Below, in pieces: positions 1-9,553 of a stretch of 64,000 nucleotides of DNA. Made by a program: the position numbers and the translations under genes. The DNA is from an uncultured Neglectibacter sp. GTDB lineage: Bacteria > Bacillota > Clostridia > Oscillospirales > Acutalibacteraceae. Numbering within the stretch: the stretch's first letter is position 1; every line of letters starts with the position of its first letter. Where the stretch lies: the NCBI GenBank assembly GCA_946554335.1, contig CAMNSA010000011.1:12158-76157 (forward strand), read 5' to 3'. Under the pieces are notes generated by a model. The model saw only the letters and a program-made list of their open reading frames with translations. It was not told where the DNA came from and did not search any database.

Positions 1-251
1 GTTGTTGATTTTTAGATTCCGGTTGTTAGATTCGAGGGATAAGTCGTTAGCAAACATCCCCCAGACGCTATGCAGCGTCTGGGGGATGTTTGGGTCGTGG
101 CTCGCCCGACACTCTTCCCAAAATTTTGCTTGGCTTTCCAATCCGCGAAGTGAAATTCGAGAAAGCGTTGAGCAAAAGACTGACCGTTGATCAGTCTTCG
201 GCTCAAGGTTTTTTGCCCTTCTCTAACAACTAACATCTAAAGTCTAACGAC
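1..251. repeat. MITE/REP-like palindromic dispersed repeat, copy A (may begin just before the window)
   Basis: 1..159 is the near-identical reverse complement of 9395..9553. It contains the hairpin CAAACATCCCCCAGACGC-loop-GCGTCTGGGGGATGTTTG and has imperfect ~30-bp terminal inverted repeats (GTTGTTGATTTTTAGATTCCGGTTGTTAGA versus the reverse complement of TCTAACAACTAACATCTAAAGTCTAACGAC). Confidence 0.85.
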
Positions 252-513
252 TACCAGACGAGAGGATCAGTCTGGTTTCACCGGGATTCAGGGCGGGCAG
301 CTTTTGACGGATGCGGGGATGGGTCAGGTCGTTTCTTACCATGTCCCGAAGGATGGTGCCCCGGTTGCAGCCGTGGATCACCCGCAGCTCCGTAACGCTT
401 TGAGGAGCGTGGGAAAGCCAGGTGAGCAAAAGCTCCTTCGCCTGAAGCTCTGAGGTCCCATGAAGGTCCACGGACATGACGGACCCGTTTCGCTGAAATC
501 GCAACATTCTCAT
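244..513 (-). CDS. Smr/MutS2 C-terminal-domain small protein
   Basis: VDLHG...LRVIHGCNRGTILR Smr-type motifs; GGAAAGG RBS before the ATG. Confidence 0.8.
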   Translation of the reverse strand: MRMLRFQRNGSVMSVDLHGTSELQAKELLLTWLSHAPQSVTELRVIHGCNRGTILRDMVRNDLTHPRIRQKLPALNPGETRLILSSGSR

Positions 514-840
514 CCTTTCCGAAATGAAGACAGCTTGATATTCCCATTATAATACCGGAGCAGAATTCCCGCAAGACCGCGAAAATACAAATCTGCCGGA
601 CAGTGAGAAAAGCCGCTGCGAGCATAATCGGGAAAGAACGGAAAACCCTAGAAGTGTTTCCTTTTGCGAGCTTTTTCGGCAGTTGCAAAAGAAAAAGGGC
701 TGTGTTAGAATTTGCTGGGCTGATAAGGGGGACAGTTTCAGTCAAATGGGCTTTGGAGCAAAAGAACCGGGAAGCCTTTCCGGCATTTTCTGCTCTCTTA
801 AAGGTGCGGCCCGGATTTTAGAAAGAGGAAGTGGGCAAAG

Positions 841-1707
841 ATGCAGGCGAAGAAAGAGCGAGGCCAAAGCAAAGGAATCCAATTTCTTCTCATCAACCTG
901 GGAGTGCTTTTTCTGGCTCTGGGGATCTATTTTTTCAAGTTTCCCAATCATTTTACCACAGGAGGCGTCAGCGGTATTTCCATTTTGCTCAGCAGTGTGC
1001 TTCCCTCCCTTACACCGGCAGTTCTGATGGGAATTATCAACATAGTGCTGCTGGTTATAGGATTCCTTTTTCTGGGCAGACAGTTTGGTTTTTGGACCAC
1101 CTATTGCAGCCTGATGCTGTCTTTGGAAACCTGGATATTGGAAGTCTTTTTTCCAATGGACGCGCCCTTTACCAACGAACCGCTGTTGGAGCTCTGCTTT
1201 GCCATTATGCTTCCGGCGGTGGGCTCCGCCATCCTGTTTAACCTGAACGCCTCCAGCGGCGGAACGGATATTGTGGCGATGATCTTGAAGAAGTACACTT
1301 CTCTGGATATCGGGAAAGCCCTGTTACTCACCGACAGCCTCATCGTGCTGTCCGCCTTCTTCCTGTTTGGGGTGGAGACCGGACTATTCTCCTTCCTGGG
1401 CCTGTTCTTGAAGGCCTTTGTGGTGGATTCGGTGATTGAAAGCATCAACCTGTGCAAGTTTTTTTCTATTATCACCACCAAGCCACAGGAGATCTGCGAC
1501 TATATTATTCAGGAGCTCGGCAGAAGCTCTACGATCCTTGACGCCCAGGGCGCCTACTCCCACGAGGGGAGAAAGGTGGTGCTGACAGTGTGCAGCAGGG
1601 GAGAGGCCGTGAAGCTCAAGCGCAAAAGCAAAGAGCTGGATCCCCATTCCTTTACGCTGATCACCAACACCAGCGAGATTTTAGGAAAGGGTTTCCGCTC
1701 TGTTTAA
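841..1707 (+). CDS. YitT family membrane protein
   Basis: TTGGVSGI, SSGGTDIVA motifs, multiple TM helices, C-terminal DUF2179-like GAYS...VC.R.E domain. Confidence 0.9.
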   Translation: MQAKKERGQSKGIQFLLINLGVLFLALGIYFFKFPNHFTTGGVSGISILLSSVLPSLTPAVLMGIINIVLLVIGFLFLGRQFGFWTTYCSLMLSLETWILEVFFPMDAPFTNEPLLELCFAIMLPAVGSAILFNLNASSGGTDIVAMILKKYTSLDIGKALLLTDSLIVLSAFFLFGVETGLFSFLGLFLKAFVVDSVIESINLCKFFSIITTKPQEICDYIIQELGRSSTILDAQGAYSHEGRKVVLTVCSRGEAVKLKRKSKELDPHSFTLITNTSEILGKGFRSV

Positions 1708-1718
1708 CGAAAAAAGCA

Positions 1719-1748
1719 AGCGCCCGGGGGAAGTCTCCCCCGGGCGCT
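1719..1748. terminator. Bidirectional intrinsic terminator
   Basis: GCGCCCGGGG-loop-CCCCGGGCGC hairpin between convergent genes. Confidence 0.7.
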
Positions 1749-1773
1749 GTTCTCTATCCGAAAATATCTTTTT

Positions 1774-3753
1774 TTATTTCTCGAAAAGCTCTTCCAGCAG
1801 CGCGAAGGTTTCCGGGAATTCATCTTTCCGGATCTCCATGGCACAGTCGCTTGCAAGCTTCAACTCTTTTCCCGCTGCCGCCTTTCCGCCGAACACGCCG
1901 CCCTTGGGAGTGAAGGAAACCTGGGAGGCGTAATTCAGAGAGTAGAAGGTCTCTTCGTAAAAAGAGGTATTTGTATCGGCCCATTCTTTTTCCGAGTCAA
2001 AGGGGTCTTGAATATCCCGATCTATCTGAGCCTTCAGGTCGTTATACAAAGCGGATTCCAGCTTCCTGCGAAAGCCTCCTTCATCCTTCAAGGCGGACAA
2101 GAGTTTCGTGCGCTCTGCCGTGTAATCTTCCGGGTTCATGAGATGCACGGCGTCGATCGTCTCTATGGCATTGATGGGGAAGAGACCATTCAGGTACTCT
2201 TCATCGGAATAGAGCTCCCGCAAAATGCTCAGCGCCTTTTGAAAAGAGGCGTTAGACTGTGCGTCGTGAAGACAGTAGCACCGGGTGAAGCTGCCGGACT
2301 CTCCCGGATAATAGTTTAGATAGCAGGTCCAGGAGGCTAGATCGTAGGAGATCTTATTTTGTCCCATGGTGTAGGGGTATTGTTCTTCCCGCGCCGCTTC
2401 GATCAGGGTTTTGTTAAGCTCTATAGCCTGGTTGACCTTTTCCTGGCTGTAGAAGGCAGGAAGAAGAGCTTTCGAATAGTCCCACCAGTCCTCAGAGGTA
2501 GAAAGCTTTTTATCGGCGGAGTAGGCCCTGACATTGGTGGGATAGGCAGTGCCGTGATTGTAACTGATGTCCACGCACTCCACCTCATCCGCCTTGGGCA
2601 GATAGGTGTCCAGCCCAAAGAATCCAAAGCTTACAAAGGCAGTGAAGAGAGCGAAGATCAGCAGGACGCCTCCATAGGGGATCAGGTGCCGATGAAGGCG
2701 GCGAAGGGTTTTGGTATAGACCAGCTCCGTAACCACATAGGCAAGTAGAGAGGCAATGGCTGTGCCCCACAGATAATACAGGTGGTTTTGGGTGGCCAGA
2801 TAGACGAGATATCCGAACAACATTCCTCCGGTTCCACTGGAAAGGACGCGGATCGCCAGCTTGACAGGCCCATAGGAAACCGTGCTTTCGGCGCTTTCGC
2901 TCTTTCTTCGGCAATAGAGAAAAAGAGCGAAGAGGGTCAGCAGCACCGCCATCGTTACCCACCAGAGCCAGAAGCCCGTTCCCACAGAAAAGACTCCGTC
3001 CAGAGAATGAGAGGCGGTGGCCAGATAGGCGGCTGCCGGAGGGCTGAAGGCGCAGACCAGCTCCAACGGCATAAACAGCTCAGAAAGCCCTGGAATGGTA
3101 TTGTAGATCACGGACCCGCCAATGAAGATCAACACCGGATAGGAGATGGAGATCAGGGCGATGGAGGCCATGGTGTCCAGGGTGGACCCGCTGCATACGG
3201 CGATGAGTACGGTAAAGGAAAACACAGCGCAGGTCATCAAAAGCAGAATGGCGAGCACCTTCAGCGCGGAGAGGAAAAGGCTTTGGGTGAGCACGCCGAA
3301 GCACAGCATGACGATCCACTGCAGGAGAAAGGCCAGCACGACGGGAGCGTACAGGCACAGGCACCCGGACAGGTATTTCCCCCAGAACATGGCGCCGCGG
3401 CTGATGGGCATGGCGTGGAACAGGTCGATCTGCTGCTTGCGATGAAGGTATCCGAAATTCCAAACGGTGAAAATCAGGGCAAAGAGGAGCATAAGAGAAG
3501 CGCCTACGGCCAGTGTAATGCCGTCTGTCATGGCGGAGAGCTGTCTCACTGTTCTGGAAAGCTGTTCTTCCTTTGTCAGGGAGAGGTAATACTCGTCACG
3601 GGGCATGAAGAGGGCGAACAGGGTGACCACGGGATAGGCTAGCAGCAAAATGGAGGCGTATACTGCGGAAAGCCCCATGCTGCGACGAAGCTGCCACTGA
3701 AAAACGCCCAGGGTCTGATTTTTCTTCTTAGCTGACAATGTTGTTGATGTCAT
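1774..3753 (-). CDS. ABC transporter permease with large extracellular C-terminal domain
   Basis: Multi-TM protein with FGYLHRKQQIDLFHAMPISR (ABC-2-like). Start taken at MTSTT, overlapping the end of the ATPase gene. Confidence 0.8.
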   Translation of the reverse strand: MTSTTLSAKKKNQTLGVFQWQLRRSMGLSAVYASILLLAYPVVTLFALFMPRDEYYLSLTKEEQLSRTVRQLSAMTDGITLAVGASLMLLFALIFTVWNFGYLHRKQQIDLFHAMPISRGAMFWGKYLSGCLCLYAPVVLAFLLQWIVMLCFGVLTQSLFLSALKVLAILLLMTCAVFSFTVLIAVCSGSTLDTMASIALISISYPVLIFIGGSVIYNTIPGLSELFMPLELVCAFSPPAAAYLATASHSLDGVFSVGTGFWLWWVTMAVLLTLFALFLYCRRKSESAESTVSYGPVKLAIRVLSSGTGGMLFGYLVYLATQNHLYYLWGTAIASLLAYVVTELVYTKTLRRLHRHLIPYGGVLLIFALFTAFVSFGFFGLDTYLPKADEVECVDISYNHGTAYPTNVRAYSADKKLSTSEDWWDYSKALLPAFYSQEKVNQAIELNKTLIEAAREEQYPYTMGQNKISYDLASWTCYLNYYPGESGSFTRCYCLHDAQSNASFQKALSILRELYSDEEYLNGLFPINAIETIDAVHLMNPEDYTAERTKLLSALKDEGGFRRKLESALYNDLKAQIDRDIQDPFDSEKEWADTNTSFYEETFYSLNYASQVSFTPKGGVFGGKAAAGKELKLASDCAMEIRKDEFPETFALLEELFEK

Positions 3754-4630
3754 AACCTGCCGCCTCCATTTCGCTGATAAATACTTCCTCAAGGGAAAGG
3801 GGAATTACCTCGTAAAACTGAGGCTCAAACGCCTTTAATTCCGCTAAGATCTCCTCCTCGTTTCCTCTGGCTACAAAGGAGAGTACCGAGCCGGTGCGTT
3901 CAAAATTGACTATGCTGATTTTTTCCTTCAAAGCGGAAATTTCAGGCATTTCCCGGAAAACTGCCTGGACTCGCAGGATCCCCAGACGCAGGGAATCAAG
4001 ATCCTTTTCCAGAAGCACGCCGCCCTTGTGCAGCAGGGCGATGCTGTCGCAGAAATCCTCCAGCTCTCGAAGATTGTGAGAGGCGATAAGCACCGTCATG
4101 CTCCGGTCCGCCACCTCGCCCGCGATCAGCTTTTTTAAGAGCTGCCGGACTACCGGGTCCAGCCCGTCAAAGATCTCGTCCAACAGGAAATAGGAGGGCC
4201 TGGTGGAAAGGGCCGCAATCACAGCAGCCTGACGCTGCATCCCCTTGCTCATGTCTTTGAGCTTTCCCTTGCGTTCCAAGGGGAACATGGCGCAAAGCCG
4301 GTCAAAGGTCTCGTCGCTCCAGTTGGGATAAAACCTTTGAAACATTTGTCTGAGATCCTCCAGCGTGCTTTGAGGAGGAAAGTAAGGATAATCCGAAATA
4401 AAGAACAGCTCTCCCTTTACTTCTGTGTTCTCAAAGGGCGCTTTTCCGTCAAAGAGCGCGGCCCCCGCATCCGGACGGTAGATCCCGGCCAGAGTGCGCA
4501 GCAAGGTGGATTTCCCGGCGCCGTTAGAGCCCACCAGCCCGAAAATGCTGCCGGTGGGGATCTGAAAGCTGATCCCGTCTAAGGCGGGGAAAGAACCGAA
4601 TTTTTTTGTCAAAGTCTGAATGTCGATCAC
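3728..4630 (-). CDS. ABC transporter ATP-binding protein (YtrB-like)
   Basis: Walker A GSNGAGKST, signature MSKGM, Walker B LLDE. Confidence 0.95.
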   Translation of the reverse strand: MIDIQTLTKKFGSFPALDGISFQIPTGSIFGLVGSNGAGKSTLLRTLAGIYRPDAGAALFDGKAPFENTEVKGELFFISDYPYFPPQSTLEDLRQMFQRFYPNWSDETFDRLCAMFPLERKGKLKDMSKGMQRQAAVIAALSTRPSYFLLDEIFDGLDPVVRQLLKKLIAGEVADRSMTVLIASHNLRELEDFCDSIALLHKGGVLLEKDLDSLRLGILRVQAVFREMPEISALKEKISIVNFERTGSVLSFVARGNEEEILAELKAFEPQFYEVIPLSLEEVFISEMEAAGYDINNIVS

Positions 4631-5007
4631 AAGGTGTCACTCCCTTCCTGATTGTCTTGTACCTGTGCGGCCTTGGTGATCTCTTCCTGGGAAGCGCCGT
4701 ATTCCAGTGCTTCCAAGGCGGCCTTGCTTACCTTGCGCAGGGCTTCCTCCCTTTGTTTTTTGATGGTGTCCTGTCGATCTGCCAAAAAGGAACCCTTGCC
4801 CGGCAAGGAATGGATAATGCCGTCTCTTTCCAGCAGCGCGTAGGCCTTTTGCACGGTGTTGGGGTTGATTCCCAGCTCTTCCGCCACCATGCGGACGGAG
4901 GGGAGCTGTCCGTTTTCCTCAAATGCCCCGGCATAAGCCAGCCTGACCACATTGCGGTAGATCTGCTCATAGATGGGAAGCCCGCTTTTGTAGTCGATGC
5001 GGAACAC
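4627..5007 (-). CDS. GntR family regulator (YtrA subfamily)
   Basis: PIYEQI...LPSVR..AEELGINPNTVQKAYALLE...GKGSF; GGAGG RBS before the GTG at 5007; heads an ABC operon. Confidence 0.92.
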   Translation of the reverse strand: MFRIDYKSGLPIYEQIYRNVVRLAYAGAFEENGQLPSVRMVAEELGINPNTVQKAYALLERDGIIHSLPGKGSFLADRQDTIKKQREEALRKVSKAALEALEYGASQEEITKAAQVQDNQEGSDTL

Positions 5008-5043
5008 ACGATCACCTCCTGGGTTAAGTGTATTATAAGATAT

Positions 5044-5070
5044 AACTGTAATATATAAAGCAGTACAGTT
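5044..5070. promoter_or_regulatory. Putative YtrA-type operator
   Basis: AACTGTA-N13-TACAGTT inverted repeat upstream of the GntR gene, resembling the B. subtilis YtrA site geometry (AGTGTA-N13-TACACT). Confidence 0.6.
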
Positions 5071-5187
5071 AGAATATATCATAATACAGCGCCCCTGTCA
5101 AGCCTGCGCAGGAAAAATTTAAAAGAAATCCCAAAGGCCCTTTCGAGAAAGTTGCCTTTGGAAATACGACCTGGGGAACAGGCTCTT

Positions 5188-5538
5188 TTATTGCCTTTTG
5201 CGGCGGGAGCTTTTTGCCGTCAGCAAAAAGCTTTCCGCCGTCATGCGCTTTAACTCCTCTTCGGGTACATCTCCGCCTAGAAACACGGTGTTCCAGTGCG
5301 TTTTGTTCATGTGATAAGCGGGGATCACGCTTTGGTATGCACTGCGCAGCAGCCCGGTTTCCATGGGGTCGCACTTCAGGTTGACGATGGTTTGCCCCTT
5401 TAGCTCCATCACAAGGGCGAACCACTTTCCGTTTTCTCCGTGACGGGCGACCCAGGTGTGGAAATCTCCCTCAAAGGGCTGATCAAGCAGGGCGCCGGAC
5501 AGGGAGCGGCAGAAGTCAAGATAAGCTTGTTTTTCCAT
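5188..5538 (-). CDS. MmcQ/YjbR family DNA-binding protein
   Basis: KWFAL...VNLKCDP...PAYHMNKTHWNTV motif. Confidence 0.9.
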   Translation of the reverse strand: MEKQAYLDFCRSLSGALLDQPFEGDFHTWVARHGENGKWFALVMELKGQTIVNLKCDPMETGLLRSAYQSVIPAYHMNKTHWNTVFLGGDVPEEELKRMTAESFLLTAKSSRRKRQ

Positions 5539-5601
5539 GAAAGTTTTCCCCCTTTTTTGGAAAGGCGCCCGGGGAAATTTCCCCGGGCGCCGAAAGGAAA
5601 A

Positions 5602-5952
5602 TCAGATAGCGGGAGGAGTGCTTTGCTGCAGGATGCTCAAGAGCAGATCCACTCGGCTTTTCAGCGTCTTTTTGATGGCGATGGCATAAAAGCCATTCAG
5701 CCCCATCTCTCCGCAGTAGACGCCGGGCAAAATCGGGAATTTCAGCCAGGCCTCCAGATGGACCTGCCCGTTTAAGGAGCTCACCTTGATGAACTGCGGC
5801 GCAGCGGCAAGGCCTACGCCCTTTTTCCATACCTGCTCTCCGCGGTAGTTGGTGTTGGTGAACCCTTCTCTGCTGAGATAGTCTGCGACGATGCCGCTGA
5901 TCTCATTGTCAGAACGGGTCACGGCAATGTCAGTGATAAAGCGTTTTCCCAT
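5602..5952 (-). CDS. Hypothetical protein (116 aa)
   Basis: GGAGGGG RBS, host-like codon usage, followed by a GC hairpin at ~5565-5592. Confidence 0.7.
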   Translation of the reverse strand: MGKRFITDIAVTRSDNEISGIVADYLSREGFTNTNYRGEQVWKKGVGLAAAPQFIKVSSLNGQVHLEAWLKFPILPGVYCGEMGLNGFYAIAIKKTLKSRVDLLLSILQQSTPPAI

Positions 5953-6440
5953 GTTGTTCCCCTCCGATTCTGCTGAAGTCCAGCAGTTATTTCACAGCTA
6001 CTATACAGGATTTTTAATAAAAGCGCAAGGGCTCGGTGAAAATGGAGAATGAAAGATTGGCGTCTTTTGGTTTTCGACGCGGCAAAGGTGCGGGCAAAAA
6101 GGTTGAATTCTGCCCCGCTGTGTGCTAAGAGGGAATCGAAAGCAAGCAAAACCTCGCGCCCTAAAAATGTGCTGCCGACACATTTTCTGAGGGATATACA
6201 GAATGTGCATCTCTTGGCCTTTCGATTCCCTTCGCCTATAAAAAATCAGCCATGCAAAAAGCATGACTTGGCCAGTTGACCGTGAAAGGTTGGTAGCGAC
6301 CAAATCGGCGTAAAAATCCGCACTTGTAAGGATTTAGCCGATGGGAGCGTGATCTTTCACGGAGAGGAGCCGCAGACGAGCGCAACAGGCGACATTCCTG
6401 CAAAGAAATGTCGCCGCAAGAGCGAATCTTGCGGCGACGA

Positions 6441-6514
6441 TGGAGCGGGCGAAGGGAATCGAACCCTCGTATTCAGCTTGGGAAGCTGATGTTCTACCAT
6501 TGAACTACGCCCGC
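6441..6514 (-). tRNA. tRNA-Gly (anticodon CCC)
   Basis: Reverse complement GCGGGCGTAGTTCAATGGTAGAACATCAGCTTCCCAAGCTGAATACGAGGGTTCGATTCCCTTCGCCCGCTCCA forms a cloverleaf with TTC T-loop and encoded CCA. Confidence 0.97.
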
Positions 6515-6735
6515 GCTTCACATGTGAAATCATTATAGTCCCGTCCGAGAAAAAAGTCAAGGGGCTTGAAGTGACGGAAAAAGATAATGTGAATAATATT
6601 AACAAAAGTGGATATATTATTGATATGTGACCTTTTAAGACGCAAAGTTTTTTCTCAGTCGAATTTGTGGCTTTTTTGTCGAATCAGATTTATAATACAT
6701 GAGTAGTTTTCTGAAATTGCCGGGAGGATGTTACA

Positions 6736-7158
6736 TTGGAGCAGGAAAAAGCTTATAATTATATTGCCGAGACCCTGCGCCGACTCCGGGTTCAGTCTGA
6801 TTTTTCCCAACAGAATATCGCGGATATTCTCAATGTTAACCGGTCCACCTATACCTATTACGAAACCGGTAAAACTACGCCCGATGTGCGCACACTTTAC
6901 AAAATCTCCAAGATTTTTGACGTGCCCATCGAGATTTTTTTTCCGGAGGAGGACACGGTACCGGTTTTTGAGGACCCGGCATGGGCCACCTCCAAGCAGA
7001 GGCCCGGGAAGCTTACAGCTCCGGATCCTAAGCGGATCGGCGATCTCTCTTCTACTGAACGCGCCCTGATCGCGCTGATTCGTTCTGAGAACAAGCTTAC
7101 CTGTGAGGCGGTGCTGGATTCCCTGAAAAAACGGATCGATCAGGAGAATCAAAAATGA
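6736..7158 (+). CDS. XRE/Cro-C1 family HTH transcriptional regulator
   Basis: LRRLR...SQQNIADILNVNRSTYTYYETGKTTPD HTH_3 pattern; TTG start. Confidence 0.9.
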   Translation: MEQEKAYNYIAETLRRLRVQSDFSQQNIADILNVNRSTYTYYETGKTTPDVRTLYKISKIFDVPIEIFFPEEDTVPVFEDPAWATSKQRPGKLTAPDPKRIGDLSSTERALIALIRSENKLTCEAVLDSLKKRIDQENQK

Positions 7159-7244
7159 AGCTTTCCGGAAACGACAAGTTTCTGCTTTTTTCACAGCTTT
7201 TTGTGGTATACTGAAGAGGCAAAAACCTTAAGGTTTTTATACAT

Positions 7245-7321
7245 GCGCTTGTAGCCCAGTTGGATAGAGCGACAGACTCCGACTCTGTAGGCCGCTGGTT
7301 CGAATCCAGTCAAGCGCGCCA
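7245..7321 (+). tRNA. tRNA-Arg (anticodon CCG)
   Basis: Acceptor stem GCGCTTG/CAAGCGC, anticodon arm ACAGA-CTCCGAC-TCTGT, GGTTCGAATCC, encoded CCA. Confidence 0.97.
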
Positions 7322-7688
7322 AATGAAAAAGGAACACTCAAAGGGTGTTCCTTTTTCATTGTTTGACTGGATTCGAGAAGGCCAAGAGATACACTTTCTG
7401 TGTATCTCTAATATGATGTCCCAGTGGGACATCTTTAGGCCGTGGGTTTTGAGAAAAGGTGTGAGTACCGCTTGGCTTACAGCAAGTTACTGAATCGTTG
7501 AGAGCGTTTTGGCTTTCCAAGGATAAATAGTGACATAAGCAGCAAAGCGTAAAACAATGCTTTTCAGGAGAAAGGTTTTGTGCTATTATGGATCTGGTAA
7601 AAATCTATTCTGCCGCTCCGGGCTATGGCAGTTCGAAGAACGCGGTGCAGAGAAAAAATGGCTGATAGGCCGGAAAAGGGGAACCAGC

Positions 7689-8357
7689 ATGTTATTTCAG
7701 GATGGAGATCGGATCGTATTCGCGGGGGATTCCGTCACAGATATGGACAGCGCCCAGCCCATCGGAGAGGGGCTGTTTGAAAATGTGGGACGCAGCTATG
7801 TGAGAGTGATTGAAAATATGCTCGCTGCCGTCTATCCGGAGCTGAAGATCCGCGTCACCAATGCCGGAACCTCCGGAAATACCAGCCGGGACCTGCTGGC
7901 GAGATTTGACCGGGATGTGTGCGAGCTTCATCCGGACTGGGTCTCCATCTGCATCGGGATCAACGATGTGTGGAGGCAGTTCGATTCTCCCGCCATGCCG
8001 GATGTGTGTGTGATGCCGGACGAGTACGAACAGAATCTGAGGAAAATGCTTGAGAAGGTAGTTGGTAAGACAAAGGGCGTGTTCCTTATTTCCCCCTATT
8101 ATATCGAGCCGAACCGGGAGGATAAAATGCGGGCCAGAATGGACGAGTATGTGGAGATCTGCCGGAAGCTCGCCCAAGAATATAACTGCGTTTTTGTGGA
8201 CTTTCAGAAGCTTTATGAGGAGTATTGCCAGGTGCGCCACTCCTCTGTGATCGCCTGGGACCGGGTGCATCCCAACCAGATGGGCGCTACCTTGATGGCG
8301 CTGCAGTTTTTGAGCCAGTGCGGATTTGAGTTCGACCATTTCAAAAAGGTTCCCTGA
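7689..8357 (+). CDS. SGNH/GDSL hydrolase (esterase)
   Basis: GDSVT block I, NAGTSG, GINDVW, DRVHP catalytic motifs. Confidence 0.92.
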   Translation: MLFQDGDRIVFAGDSVTDMDSAQPIGEGLFENVGRSYVRVIENMLAAVYPELKIRVTNAGTSGNTSRDLLARFDRDVCELHPDWVSICIGINDVWRQFDSPAMPDVCVMPDEYEQNLRKMLEKVVGKTKGVFLISPYYIEPNREDKMRARMDEYVEICRKLAQEYNCVFVDFQKLYEEYCQVRHSSVIAWDRVHPNQMGATLMALQFLSQCGFEFDHFKKVP

Positions 8358-8657
8358 AGGTTTGTCTCAGGAAGAGATGGCAGAGCACAGCGGAGCCGGG
8401 GCTTTTTAGAGGGCTTTGTGCGGAGGATCAGGCTTTCGGGAGAGGGCCTGATCCTTTTCCTTTCTGGAACTGCCCGGAAATCTCCGGGTGTGCTGACCTG
8501 GTTCTTTTTTAGGCTTGCACTGATATTGCATAGGCGTGTAGAATACAGATGGAAGGCGCGAAGCTTCTGGGAAGCTGGCAGGCGGAAAACCTGAAAAGTC
8601 CCGTCATGATAAAATCGGCCATTTGGCCGGAAAACCATTTAGAAAGGAGCGATGAGA

Positions 8658-9275
8658 ATGAAGGTACTGATGTTAAACGGCAGCCCCAATTCCAAAGGAA
8701 ACACCTCCATCGCGTTAAGAGAAATGGAGCAGATCTTCCAAAAGGAGGGTGTGGAGACGGAAACGCTTCTCTTGGGAAACAAGGCTATCCGAAGCTGTAT
8801 CGGGTGCAGAAAATGTGCCCAGACGGGGAAATGCGTATTTGATGATCTGGTCAACGAGACCGCAGCTAAGTTCGGGGCCTGTGACGGTCTGGTGGTGGGG
8901 AGCCCGGTCTATTATGCCTCCGCCAACGCCACGCTGGTGGCATTTCTCACCAGACTGTTCTACAGCACCCGTTTTGACAAAACCATGAAGGTGGGAGCCA
9001 GCGTAGTAGTGGCTCGCCGCGGCGGGCTTTCCTCGACCTTTGACGAGCTCAACAAGTTCTTTACCATCTCCGGGATGCCGGTGGCTTCCGGTCAGTATTG
9101 GAACAGCGTCCACGGTGCGGCTCCCGGAGAGGCGGAAAAAGATCTGGAAGGACTTCAGGGGATGCGCACTCTGGCGCGGAATATGGTTTTCCTGATGCGC
9201 GGCATTGCGCTGGCAAAGGAAAAATATGGCCTGCCGGAAAAAGAGCCTTTTGAGCGGATGAATTTTATCCGCTGA
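8658..9275 (+). CDS. Flavodoxin-like iron-sulfur flavoprotein / NADPH-dependent FMN reductase
   Basis: NGSP..KGNT, CxxCxxCxxxxxC, GSPVYY motifs. Confidence 0.9.
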   Translation: MKVLMLNGSPNSKGNTSIALREMEQIFQKEGVETETLLLGNKAIRSCIGCRKCAQTGKCVFDDLVNETAAKFGACDGLVVGSPVYYASANATLVAFLTRLFYSTRFDKTMKVGASVVVARRGGLSSTFDELNKFFTISGMPVASGQYWNSVHGAAPGEAEKDLEGLQGMRTLARNMVFLMRGIALAKEKYGLPEKEPFERMNFIR

Positions 9276-9310
9276 AAAAAACAAAAGAACCAATAAAAGC
9301 CTCCCAAGAG

Positions 9311-9553
9311 CTTAGTTTTGGATATTAGTTATTAGCGAAGGCCAAAAGATTGATCTGACGATCAAAAAATCTTAATCTGGCAATCAAGCTTCAACGAATT
9401 TCACTTCGCGGATTGGAAAGCCAAGCAAAATTTCGGGAAGAGTGTCGGGCGAGCCACGACCCAAACATCCCCCAGACGCCGCATAGCGTCTGGGGGATGT
9501 TTGCTAACGACTTATCCCTCAAAACTAACAACCAGAATCTAAAAATCAACAGC
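9311..9553. repeat. MITE/REP-like palindromic dispersed repeat, copy B (inverted relative to copy A)
   Basis: 9395..9553 matches the reverse complement of 1..159 with few mismatches. 9311..9345 resembles the reverse complement of ~212..248. The middle hairpin differs between copies. Confidence 0.85.

Noticed and set aside
2-190. 62-aa protein
   Set aside because: It lies wholly within the palindromic repeat and has no RBS; treated as non-coding.
6441-7321. Prophage or integrative element at the tRNAs
   Set aside because: No integrase and no duplicated tRNA 3' end (att site) is visible in the window.
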